DNA from: Callorhinchus milii
Taxonomy: Eukaryota
Direction: 5' to 3'
NCBI RefSeq assembly: GCF_018977255.1
Contig: NW_024704743.1
Span: forward strand, 85,376,001-85,440,000
DNA length: 64,000 nt
Shown: one piece after another, positions 51,193 through 63,521 of the stretch
Layout: the number at the start of each line of letters is the position of its first letter
Position numbering within the stretch: position 1 is the first letter of the stretch
Notes under the pieces: model-generated
What the model saw: only the letters and a program-made list of their open reading frames with translations
The model's database searches: none
What the model was told of the DNA's origin: nothing
Program-made: the position numbers and the translations under genes

Positions 51193-51390
51193 ACAACAAC
51201 AGCTTCAATTTATATAGTGCCCTTCATGAAGGGTTGTGTTCCAGAGTGCTTGACAGTGGTGGAGCAGAATGCCGGACAGGGGGAGGTGACTGCAGTCACG
51301 GTCGAAAAAGAAGGTCTTCAGGCATGACCTGAAGAAGGGGGCAGGCGGAGGGCTAGAGGAAAAAGTTGTGCCTGAAAGCTTGGCCACCAG
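51191..51390 (-). mobile_element. L2-like 3' end abutting the SINE
   Basis: (CAA)n tail plus tttatatagtgcccttcatgaagg. Confidence 0.7.
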
Positions 51391-51859
51391 AGTTAGATAT
51401 ATAGTTAGAAGTATGGTGGAAGTAGAGAAGAGGGCCAAAAACTAGTGTAGTTTGTTCAAACTGAAAAAAATTGTGCTGAAAATAACTTTGCAGACAGCAG
51501 AGTAGATCTTTTGAGAATACAGAATTGACGTATTTGCCTGCAAAAATAGGCAATGCTATGAAGCCCTTTTGAGTCATTTTTCCAATGTGAAATACAATAC
51601 CATATGCAAGAATTATAATTAGATTGAAAGGTGTAAGACGATGCTTGGGACGCAGCTGCTGGAAGGTGTCACTTGTTCATGAATGCATGTATATCCAGGG
51701 CTTGGAATCTACCTTGACTGGTATACTGAGAGGTAAGCAGCTGCTTCTCAAGCTTGTGGAACCATTGCTCAGTATGTAGACATGTGTCCGAGCTGGGGCA
51801 GTAGTGCTCTCACACATTTCATATTGAGCTGTGCTGCTCGATGAATGTTGGAAATGATT

Positions 51860-52317
51860 CAAACCTCACTGACCGTCTCTGTAGTACTCCAGACACTGCT
51901 AATGACAGACCCGTTAGCCTGGCTCATCGGTAGGACTTGTAGTTATTGGGGGCAAAGATTCTTCCCAATCGGCTTCTGTTAATTCTCTAAGCCAAAGTCC
52001 TAATGGGTATGATGGGTCTGGCTGGACAAGCATCGGGAATCTTGCCAGACTGTCTTTTCAATGACGAGTTTTGTGGTTTTAGTTGGTTAATCTCCAGGAG
52101 GACTCCAACGAGCACACAAGTTTGGCTCTTGCCAACCTACGGCTTAATACTCTCTGGAGTTGGGCAAGCAGGGTTCGTCCCTCCAGCAAGTGTGCATTCC
52201 ATTCAATACTTGGGAATTTCCACGTATAAGTGGGAGCTTGGAACTTCTTGGTTTGGATTCTCTTAAGCTTGGTGATGGGTTTCCACATGTGTGAGACACC
52301 TGGCTAACCAAAAAAGG
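51860..52317 (+). mobile_element. Unclassified A-tailed repeat, long copy
   Basis: Ends gtgatgggtttccacatgtgtgagacacctggctaaccaaaaaa. Confidence 0.75.
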
Positions 52318-53414
52318 TCAATGTTTCCAGCCTGAGAGCTATCAGCTACCAATCGCTGAATGTTTAAAATCTTTGTAGTGGTCTAAAATAAACAAATTGG
52401 CACACAGGCACATTTGGAACGTAGAATAAATTAGGTGCAAAATTTCCAGTTACAGCTGCCAAATGCATTTTGTTGAATCCAAGACCAACTCAGGCTAGCG
52501 CAGTATAACACCTAGAGCAGACAGTGTCCTTTATAGCTGTTACTTTACATTGGTAATTTCATGTAACTTTTCATATCCAAATTGGCAATATGTAAAATAT
52601 GCAAATCCATTGCATTTCATTGTGACTGGGGTGTTTCCTGGCAGATTACATGAAATAAGTGCATAAGTATAACTGAAAACTAATAAACAGAACTAATAAT
52701 TACTAATAAACAGAAGTCCAAGGGATTCAGGTTAGAATCTGATATGTAACCTTCAAACCACCAATATCTTATATTTGTGGATAAAGGATACAAGTAGAGT
52801 ATTTACTAAGTGTCTGCTTGGCACTAAAGCAATTATGTGGCTGTAGCAAACACAACTGTCTCTAAAATATGGCTGTAGACCAGTAAATTAATCATCGGGA
52901 ATTGTAATAATTTAAGATTGGTCATATCAGATGATGTGCAGAGAGCTCATGAATGCAGGACTATGATGCATAGCGATGTTCATGGTGTGGGTTGTAAAGT
53001 TTTGTTTTGGAACCTCAAATGATCTGCGAAATTAACTTCTGAAAGACTGCTTTGTGGTGGTCAATCCATTTCTGTTCTATCTTGTCAGTTAATTTATGAC
53101 CCTCTATTTTTGGGAGGGCGAGGGTGAACACGAGAAAAAATTGCAAACTGGAATCATTTGAATTGGCAATTGTATATCATATTAGGATTAAGTTTTTCCT
53201 AAACTAAATTTGATGTTTTTCTATATACTAGCAAGTCCTGTGGTAATTTTATGTGCCTTTTTAACTTAATTCTCGAATATGATGTACCCTAAAGATGTGC
53301 ACTCTATTTGAATCCCAGGGTCTCACAGTTTTATTACATACTCTTATTTACAAATTAGTGGCTAAATTTTGTAATCCCAAACCTTGCAAATAGTCTGCTT
53401 ATTCCCTGGCCCAA

Positions 53415-53943
53415 CTCTAAATTAGAGTAGAACCATTGATCCCACCGTGGCGTGTTTGGCAACCGAATGTCGGAATCGAGCAAGCCCTTGTGGTGGTCTC
53501 AGTTGTCTGTAGTACTTGAGGGCATTGCTGATGACCGCACAGCCAGGCTGGCTCATCTGCAGGACTCGGAGGGACAGGCCAGTCACTGGGGGCATGGAAT
53601 CCTTCCATTCAATTTATATTAATCCTGCAACCCAAAGCTCTAACAGGTAGGGTGGTCCTAGCTGAACAAGCAGTGAGAAAGCTGCTTTGCAGTGCTATGA
53701 ATGGCAAGCTAATTGGTTTTAGTTGGTTAGACTCCAGCAGTAACTCAATTCACACTCTGGGATCCCAAACCTTGACTCTTGCCAACCTCCACCTAATACC
53801 TTCCGGAATTAGATAAGCAGGATGCGTCTCTCCAGGGAAAGAGTGTGCATTCCTTTCCAATAATCTGTTTTGAGAATTCCATGCATCTTAAGCATGGTGA
53901 TGGGTTTCCGCTTGTGTCGGATGCCCGGCTGTCCAAAATAAAA
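53415..53943 (+). mobile_element. Unclassified ~550-bp A-tailed repeat, near full copy
   Basis: Starts near gtggcgtgtttggcaaccgaatgtcggaatcga and ends gtgtcggatgcccggctgtccaaaataaa. Confidence 0.8.
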
Positions 53944-54772
53944 CAGTCAGCTAAATGTAAATGGGGGAGGGGGAGAGAGATTATGCACAATCTTTGTTGC
54001 CTGTGCACTGATTTTATCTGCTTCTAAAACTAGTGAAATTAGGAGATTATATTTACATGCAATTTCTGTTAAATGTCTTTTTCAAAAATTGTGAGGAAAT
54101 TATGACTTTTTCCCCATACTTGAGTAGCTTAAATTAGAGTCCACTAAGGTGTTTAAGAAGTCCATTTGCATACATTTATCTGTATATAATCCTTCATGTA
54201 TCTGGTTTAAGAGTAGCCTGCTTTAGGAAATGTGTATTGTGCATCGAATATCCTTCTGAGAATGCTTTTTAAAATCTATTTAAATGGATAAAATACATGT
54301 AATTTTAGATGGGGCAGAAATTTAAGTTTAGAACAGCTGACTTTTGTTTTGATAACTTATTTCATGCATGGATCTTTCTGTGGAGGGCTGTAGCAACTGT
54401 TTCATCATGGAGTTGTGTATCCTTATGTCTATTATTGTGGGGTGGGTTTATATCTAAAGCTTTTAAAATATATATGGAAACCTTTGGGTATACATTCCTG
54501 CTGATTAATACTCTTTTAAAATGATAAGATGAAAGATAATTTGGAGTTTTCAAAATTGGCAAACATTACTAAGTATTGCTTGATTAGTTTCTATAGAGCA
54601 GTAGTAAATGCACTGCTGAAGCAGTACTCATATTACTAATCCCTAGATCAATGCCCATTTGATGGTTTTGGCACTCAGAAATTGTTGCATCACTTCAAAG
54701 TATTTATTATTCTCCCCTAGAATTCTTGAATGCTGGAGGATCCCATTAGTAATGCTCATTTAGGAACGCTCA

Positions 54773-54793
54773 GTGTGTGTGTGTGTGTGTGTG
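54773..54793. repeat. (GT)n microsatellite
   Basis: About 10 GT units. Confidence 0.9.
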
Positions 54794-54894
54794 AATAAAA
54801 CTAAACACATATCCACATCAATAATATTTAGTCTTGGCTTTTGTACATTTTGTTGATAAGAAATTGTGACCTTTCAGAATGCTCTGGGAAATTT

Positions 54895-55120
54895 AACATA
54901 ACATAACAAGTAGGAGCAGGAGTAGGCCATTCGGCCCTTCGAGCCTGCCCCCACCATTCAATCATGGCTGATCTTCTAATCTAACTTCAGCTAATACCAT
55001 AACACTGCCTTATCCCCATATCCCTTAATCCCTTTTGCAATAAAAAACATATCTATCTCAGTCTTGAATATGTTCAAGGACTGAGCGTCAACAGCCCTTT
55101 GGGGTAGCGAGTTCCATACA
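54895..55120 (-). mobile_element. CR1-like LINE 3' end
   Basis: aacataacataacaagtaggagcaggagtaggccattcggcccttcgagcctgc. Confidence 0.8.
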
Positions 55121-57059
55121 TTAATTTCTTACTCAAGTTTTTTGGTTAACTGGATGTCTTGAAGCACACAGAAACCCGTTACCATGCTTCAGAGGAAGGT
55201 GAGTTTTCAGATATTCCAGGGGCACTCCGCTTCACATCCTTCCTTCCTCCCCCTTTAAACCCCACCATGACACCTTTCTTTTTGTCCATGCTTTTGGTCA
55301 TCTTTCAATACAAAGGTGCCCAACCAGCAGTGTGAAGTGCTTTGAGATGTCCTCCCGACATAAGTGTAATTGTTGTTGACCTCGATGGAAGGTGCATGTG
55401 TGGACATCTAGTGAAGGCTAGATTGGGCTGGCCTGTGATGACACCCACTGCCAAATAACATTCTTAATACTCTTAGAAGATTCAACCACTTGAACACTTG
55501 GCAAAGCACCGGTTCTCTTGAGTTGCTGCCTTCAGGAGAAGAAGGCATTAAAATACGAATGAAGAACTGCACATGTTGAGGAAAGTGATGTGCATTGCAC
55601 TCGGGAGTGTCCTTGGTCTGTTTACAAAATAGAAATCATTGCATATTATGGTGATACAGAATGAGTTGCATAATGCATTTTAATCTGGGCTCTTGATTTT
55701 TTTAAGAAACTTTGATTCCAATCCATTTGCATCAGTCATCTAACTTGTTACCATGTATTTAATACTTTTATGTAAAATTGTTGATTCATTTCATTGGATT
55801 AGAATTTGTTTTCCCCTTGCATCACTCTAAATGGTGGAACGTTATATCAAGGGATAGTGGCAGCCAAGTGGCTGTTTTTCATATGGTATAATGGTATGAT
55901 GAGTATAAACAGACTATTTGACCTTAGCACTATCTTAACCAAGACTTCAGTTTAACTATATGCTTTAGTGCATTGTTCACTGACTCCTACTGAGACTGAT
56001 AAGCTCAGATCAGGAAGTGACCAGCAACTATCCTAGCCTGTGAAGTAGTACTGCATTCTTGCAAATCATTTACCCAGTGAAAAATGGGGTAGGATAACAT
56101 TTGATGGGGCGGGGGGACTTGTACAGAGTTAATACTCTGCATGGAGGGCGCTATATAAGTGTTGTTAACTTAACAGATTTTGAACTCAATTTTATAAGTG
56201 ACTGCTTCTCATCAGAGTTTCAGTTGTTTAAGTGATTGGTACAGAAACTTTAAACAAATATCTAGTGGCTTCCTCTTTTGGTTATTTTAAGTTCATAGTG
56301 AGAACTTTTGGATTTGTATGTGAATAAATGTCTACCAGCATAACCGTATGAATGTTATGATCTTATGACCTGATACAAAATTATATTATAAGAGACATAT
56401 TCAGGAACTAAACAGATGACCTAGTGAGACTCATCACCCTATTTTCTTGCTAGTTTAGTCTGTGTTTTCCCGATTTATTTATTTTTAAAATGCAGGATGT
56501 GCTTTGGTCGTGACCCAAAACAGAATATTTTTTCAATCTTACTGATGACCTAAAATATTGTGTGTATAAGCTCTATTTTACACTAAAATCTATTGACTGA
56601 AGGTTTAAAAAGGTATTGTCACTGCAAAAAAAACTGTAAAATCAACACTAATTGCAGAGAGTCGTATTATTTGAACAATGGAAGTTTGGAATTCCAAGAA
56701 TTGGACTCTGGGTTTTCAGGATTCTCATGGGAATGATGTGAAAACCAGATGATGGGATAATGTCAGGGACTCTTAAGTGAATGACAGTAGTTTATAAGAA
56801 AATTCTCTGGAATGCATCCAGTTTTTCCCACTTTTTGTTTTTTTCCCATTTATGGACTTGCTAAAGTATGTGGGTCATTACAAACCATTTTAATGATGGG
56901 AAAGTGGAAATTTGTTTTCCTTTAAACATTCATGCTGCTTGAGAGATCAAGTTTATTTAAAAAAAACTGCTGAATAACCCTTTGAGCACCAAACATTCTC
57001 CTCAATCTCAGAAACCTAGACAAATCCTGGGAATTGTACACAAAATCATTATTCACAAT

Positions 57060-57445
57060 ACAATACAAATTACATTTGTGTTGGGCTTTAATGTGCGAGG
57101 GGGCTCTCAAAGCTCTTCCACCTGAGTTGGGGTGGGAGCTGGGGGAGAAGGGAAAAGATGACCGAAAGTGCGGTTGAAGCTGTACGTTTTGAGATGTGCA
57201 TTGAAAGAAGGGAGGGAGCATGTTGGAGGGGACTTTAGTATGGAGTTCTCGAGAACAGGGGCCAAATGGGAGAAAGACCACCTGCCGATTGTGGGGCAAA
57301 TAGGAGAAAGACCACCCGCCGATTGTGGGGCAAATAGGAGAAAGACCACCCGCTGATTGTGGGGCAAATAGGGCGGGGGACCTGAAGCAGGTCTGGGGGA
57401 AGGAAGTGCCAGAATACTGTGGTTGAATAAGGTTGTGGACCATAG
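57060..57445 (-). mobile_element. L2-like 3' end containing a 34-bp tandem triplication
   Basis: Similar to 10040-10400. Unit ggggcaaataggagaaagaccacccgccgattgt is repeated at 57258-57373. Confidence 0.75.
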
Positions 57446-57477
57446 GCCCAAAATGATACACTCTTCTCCAATTTCAG

Positions 57478-57580
57478 GACAAAATATACAGTCAATTCAC
57501 TTTATACTATATTCTGCAAAGCGCTTTCAGATGTCTCAAAGACGAGATAACACGCTATATGATATGCAAGGATTTTTATT
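57478..57580 (+). mobile_element. tRNA-derived SINE 3' tail
   Basis: aaatatacagtcaattcacttta...cgctatatgatatgcaaggatttttatt. Confidence 0.75.
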
Positions 57581-58789
57581 AAGTTGACCTTAAAGCTTCT
57601 CAAACGTTTGAGTCCTTGGGTGAATATAAATAGTTAATTTGGAAAAAGTGGGCTTAATACTGAGTAGTCCTAATTCAACAACCGAGTCCTCAGTTTTTCT
57701 CCATGTTCTAACTTTTTTGGGGGAAGAGTTGTTAGAAAAGGGCAGTAAGCTGGAATGCAGTTTGGTGAACTGAACAACAAACAATTGTTGTTGTTTAATC
57801 ATGTCTGCGCTCACTGGGTTATTTCACTACATAATTTCACTGCAGATATTTGTGGATCATCTTGTGATGTGATTGTACAAGACAATATCTCCCTTGAGTG
57901 GCGTTAATCCCACGTTGACTGCAATGGCATTCTTTCTTGACTGTGTGCCACCGGCTTGCACTAAATTGTTTTTTCATCTTGTAATACACTAACTATAAAC
58001 ATATTTTGCCAGTTAAAATTATGCAATATGCAATTCCATCAATGGTCAGCTAGTGTTGGGACTATGTGAGAGGCTCTGCTGAGGCGTGTAGAAAATTTCC
58101 TACCAAGGGTATGTTACAAGGAGTTATGTTTTGACTGCTAAGGAGACGCCTACAGAAATGTGGAAGAGCAATCAGAATTTAGTGCTACCAGTCAGATTGT
58201 GCTGTTTCCATAGTCCCTTCTCTTATTTCAGAATAATCCTGTTTACCCAGTCCCTTTCCCTCCTAATCACCACACCGGTGTGTCTGCCGTTTCTTGTGCC
58301 ATCCCTGCAGCCCCATTGGAGTACAATTGTCAATTAATGCTTACTTAATTTTTTTTGCTGTGAGCTCATTCCCCATAAGAACTAAGTTGAGACTGGCAAA
58401 CTTTTCATAAAAGACCCTTAGTGAGAAACAACATGCTCTTGCCTTTCTTTGATGGGCACTAAAACGAGAGGGAAATATAAAAAGGGAATTGATTGTGAAG
58501 TACAACCTCAGTTTTACCAGCATCTCAGTGTAGGGAGATGATCATGCAATTCCTACAAAGCAGGCTGTTTCTAGCCTGTTTTTCCTATTGTTGTGAATTG
58601 TTTCAGTTAGTTGAGTCTGGTTTGGTTCTTCTGTAACACTTATTAATAATAAATAATAATTTTATACAGCACCTTATCTAGTCGTCGAGATGTCTCAAAG
58701 TGCTTCACAGGATAAACAGTAAAGTAGATTGACTCTATTTTGTGGATAAAATCATTTTATGATAGTGTCTTAAGAGTTTGTAATGTCTT

Positions 58790-59930
58790 GGAGCACATAA
58801 GACAGTTACTATCAAGTCACAAATGACATTCTGTCCATCTGCTACCAGGGCTTCATCTGCCTCCTCGTCCTTCTTGATTTCTCTGCTGCCTTGGACACCG
58901 TCGACACCGCCTCTCCTCTCACCTCAACTTTCATGGCTCTGTCCTTGACTGGTTTAGATTGTATCTCTCACATCGCCTCCACTTCATCTCCACAAACGGT
59001 TTCTCCTCTAACCCCTACACAGTCTTGTGCGGCATTTCTCAGCGGTTTGTCCTTGGTCCCCTCCTCTTCAACATCTGTATGCTCCCTCTTGGTGACATCA
59101 TCCGCAGACATGGGGTCAACTTCCACATGTATTCGGATGACACCCAACTGTACCTCTCTGCCTCCAGCCTTGACTCCAGGACCCTAACCCTCAGACATCA
59201 AGTCCCGGATGAGAGCTAACTTTCTTCAGTTGAACGTCAACAAGACCGAGGCTCTCCTGATTGGCTCCAGTCAGTGCTTCCACACCTCAGGCGCTGACAG
59301 CATCACCATCCATGAATGCACACTCCACCTTACTAAGCCAGTCCTGAAGCTTGGCATCTTGTTTGATCCTCGACTATCCTTTCTACCCCACATCCATGCC
59401 ATGACCCGTTCTGCCTTCTCCCACCTCCGCAACATTGCCCTGCTCTGCCATTATCTCCCACCGCAGGCCACCGAAACCCTCATACACTAATTCATAACAT
59501 CGAGGCTTGACTATGCAAACTCCTTGCTTGTTGGCCTCCCCAGCTCCTCCCTCCATAGGCTGCAGATCATCCAGAATTCTGCAGCCTGTGTCCTCTCTCG
59601 CACCAAACTGGCCACTCCCTCTGCTCAGCGGGCTCCAGCCTGCTTCACATACCCTGCCTTGCCCACCCCACTGTTGGCTGGCGGGCCTTCAGCCACTTTG
59701 CCCCCACCCTCTGGAACTCCATCCCACAGTCCCTCTGCCTCGCCCCCTCCCTTGCCTCCTTCAAGACCTGTCTCAAGACCCTCCTCTTCAACCGTGCTTT
59801 CGATCACCCTGCTCCCCTTCCCACCCGTCCTCCACCCTCCCCAATCTCGACCCCCAGCTTGGGTCCGAAACACTGAATGTCCAGCGCCTTGGGACGTCCT
59901 CCCAATGTGAAAGGTCCTATATAAATTTAA
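58790..59930 (+). mobile_element. L2-clade LINE, 5'-truncated reverse transcriptase and 3' end
   Basis: VLGPLLFNICMLPLGDIIRRHGVNFHMYSDDTQLY (YADD-type RT motif) and MRANFLQLNVNKTEALLIG. Terminus gtgaaaggtcctatataaat. Confidence 0.92.
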
Positions 59931-61969
59931 TTTTGGTGTATAGTGTGACAAGGCCAGTAATGTCCATAAGCTGCAGGAGATCAATTACCTGATTGGATTT
60001 TTTTGATGAATTTGTTTGAGGGGTGAATGTTGAGCACCTGGAAACTTTTTATAAGAGCGCAGGAAATATCCACTTGAACTTCCGAATAGGCAGAGACAAT
60101 GTTTAACGTAGTGCTCTGGGACGCTACCCTGCGTGAAGGGTACTATATAAATGCAAGTTGTTGTTAACATCTAACTGCTTTAGTATATTAAAATAGAAGG
60201 TTATGCTTGAAGGCTTAGTTGAGGGAGGGCAGGAGGAGGCTCACGTGGAGCATAAACACCGACAAAGACCAGTTTCTGTGTTGTATATTCTAATGCATTC
60301 TAATGTATTAGCCTACATTGCATGCAGTTTTAATTACAGTGATAAGATGTGTAGGCATGGAATAATGTATAATATAATGTATAGTCCGAAACACTGATTG
60401 CCCAGCACATTGGGATGTCCCCTCGACGTGAAAGGCGTTGTACAAAGAAAGCATTATGAAAACACAGCAGGGGGGAGGGGGGTGCATGGATGTTATGTTG
60501 TTACATATCGTCTTATGGGAGATGTGGATTGTACTTTGAATGCACCCATCGTGTAGACCAGGGACGGCCAACTTGAGGGCTGCATTACACATGCATAAAA
60601 TAGACATGTGGCCCTTGGGTTGCAAGTTTGCCATCCCAGGTGTAGACTGTCTAATGTCTACTTTCTAGATTTGTGTGACGATATCTGTGATAAAGGTAAA
60701 CGTAAAAAAAGGAAAGACTGTGGTGTAAAAAGTGAAGAACAGCATATGACTTGACAAATACAGGATATGATTCAAATCAAACTAACCACATGGCATAGGC
60801 GCTTCATGTTCAAGACAATTTATCTCCTGAGTAGCAAGGGCTGGCTGAAATCGTGGACAAAACCAGAGCAGATGTTTCACTTCACCGGAAATGTTTTGTT
60901 TATCTGGGAATGAGATGTTCTGTATTTGAATACTTGGCAAGAAAAATAAATTTCCTTGAATAAAATTAAGTGTTCATTTCTAATTTATAGTTGTATTAAT
61001 ATGAAACTTTCAATTTCAACAGTGTTTAAAATAGTCAATGGATGAAAGATTACGGGTAGTAGTTTCTGTACTTCAATTCTAATCAACACATTTTGAATTT
61101 AATACGTTTTGAATTGTTGAAATGTTAGGAATGGCATTGCTGGTGATTTTTGACTACCTGATTTTATGTTTTTTTAAAGGGGCAAAACTGGGTTCCAAAC
61201 ATAATATTGGCCACTACTTGTACCTAGTTTATAATTTAGTTTGTTTAAACTGCACAGTGAAAAGTTTCATATGGGATTATAAGAACTTTGCCTTTTGCCA
61301 ATACATGTACACCACATATACTGGGAGCTGTCAACACTTGCCCTGCTGTTGGATATATCTTAAATGGTTACTTTTTCTAGTAATCCTCTCTTGTTCCCCC
61401 TTTCCATGTGAATTCTTTTTTTGGGGGTGGGGTGGTGGGAAAGAGAGAGCTTCTGCCACAGAAAGGAAAGTTCATAAGGTTAGGTACCATGGGTCACTCT
61501 GATGTACATCCTCCTTGATTAAGTGTGGCATTGTTTAGCTGTCTATCCTTAGTTGAGGAATGATGCAGAGACGTCTAAAGAGACTGTTTAGGATTATGTG
61601 TAATGTTTGTTTAGAGCAACTAGAGTCCATTTTGATTTGTTGGAAGCCTGGTCTGTAGAGCAGTGTCCTTGCTGCCAATTGCTGTTGTAAATCTGCCAGA
61701 TGTTTTAGTTTTATCATTAGCTGCATTCACTTTCATTGTAGTCAGCAGTAGCTATGTTTGAATGGTATTTTGGGATTACAATTCTTATGCATCATTGTAT
61801 TTTGCCTCAATAGATGATTGAAGCAGACTTGCAGTGAATCTCCATTAAAGAGTAGGATGGCTAAAGATAAATGTGTTCCAATGGTGTTGAATTTATGAAT
61901 GAAGAGCTTGATGCTATTCAAATTTTCTGCAGATTCTTGCTAGTTCTTGGTGATACAAAGTGGTTAGCG

Positions 61970-62315
61970 CAACAATAACAACTTGCATTTATATAGCACC
62001 CTTCATGCAGGTAGCGCCCTGGAGAGCTTGACAATGGCGGAGTCTGACACCGAGCCAGGGGGAGAGGGAGGGGGGAGATGATGGTAAACATGATAAAAAG
62101 AAAGGTCTTTAGGCAGGATTTGAAGGTGAGGGCAAGGTGGAGGGAGAAAGTTCCATAGTTTCAGGGCATAGTGGCTGAAGGCAATGTCATTGATGGTGGA
62201 GCGGAGGGGACGTGGGATAAACAGGAGGCTGGAGCCAGCCGAGTGGATGCAGCAGGTGGTGGAGTGAGGAGGTAAGCAGATCGGATATGTAGGGAGGTGC
62301 GAGGACATGAAGCTG
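61970..62315 (-). mobile_element. L2-like 3' end
   Basis: caacaataacaacttgcatttatatagcacccttcatgcagg, and the ORF motif AFSHYALKLWNFLP. Confidence 0.8.
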
Positions 62316-63420
62316 TAATTTTCTGATTCTGTGATGGTCAAGGACTACCATTGTGGGTGAGGGATTCTGCCCTCAGAAGTGGGTCACAGCTCTAGCTTTG
62401 TGTGAATGAAGTGACTGGCACTATCAGTGTCCGAATTTCTAGTTCTATTTCTGAATTTTCAATTTGTGCAATTCCATAATATAGTAAATCTCATATAAAA
62501 TACGATTCAATAAATCAGCACTTTGCACGTGTTATTAAATGTGATCGGTAAGTGCACTTGCAGTACTTTGGCACTGCAGCTGGTAAGTGTGCATGCGGCT
62601 GCATTGAATTACAGGAAATAAAGTTTTTCTGCGCATGGGGTGACGAGTTAAGACTATGTTTTCTGCGATTGCACGAGATTCAGCGTAGCTGGTAAGTGCG
62701 GGACTAATGGGTAGAGGAGCGGTATTGTGAGTTAAAGGATGATTAATAAGATTAGTACAAATAAATCTTAAGTGGTTTTAATAGGAAATTGAATGGGACT
62801 CAGGAGCATGTACAACTTAGGCGATTATACGATTTATAAAGAGAAGACTTAAGCAAGTTTTACTGTATAAATACAACCGTGCAGTCATTTTTTTATTCTT
62901 CTTTACTATCATTCTTGGAGGGATTAGAATTTTTAAGTCTTTACACGTTGAGTGGCCCTTTTGCATCGTTGAAAAGGGCGGATTATCTTGGCAAATTGGA
63001 ACATTTTTAAAGTTGTCATTTAAATAGCTAGTTAAATTGGCTAATCTAGGCATAGTTGATTTCTTGACTCAGTTAGCTGTGTGATATTACACACGTCTGG
63101 ATTTTAAAAAATGTAACTTGATTCTATTTTTAATTATTCATCTGGATGCTAAACGCTTCCAGATGAATAATTTTAAGGACTGTTCAGGGGAGATGACTAG
63201 TGCTTCATTTTTTTCATTCAACAAAATAAAGTGAGACTGGTTTCTTGAGGGTCAAAGATAGTTTGTCTTGAATAGATAGCAGTGACTCTTCCAAATAATG
63301 AATGCTGTTAACAGACCATTCGAGATTCCCGTTTCAGGAAGAATACATGCTTTGTTTCTGGTGATTCATCAGATGAAAATAACTTGTGCTGAGTTGTCTA
63401 ATTGTGTTTTCTCTCTGCAG

Positions 63421-63521
63421 GTTGAACAGTCAAAAGTATTCATAAAAGAAGGTGGTGTTCAGCTACTGCTCACGATAGTTGACACACCAGGATTTGGAGA
63501 TGCTGTGGACAACAGTAACTG
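63421..63521 (+). CDS. SEPTIN7: Septin-7 exon 5 ([33 protein letters not shown]+TG)
   Basis: Acceptor ttttctctctgcag|, donor |gtaggg, 101 nt. It encodes the G3 motif DTPG. The gene continues past the window. Confidence 0.97.

Noticed and set aside
55896..56000. Possible C/D-box snoRNA (ATGATGA ... CTGA)
   Set aside because: No terminal stem or recognisable rRNA-complementary guide. Such words occur repeatedly by chance in this window.
57258..57373. CRISPR-like array
   Set aside because: Head-to-tail repeats without unique spacers, in eukaryotic DNA inside an L2 fragment.
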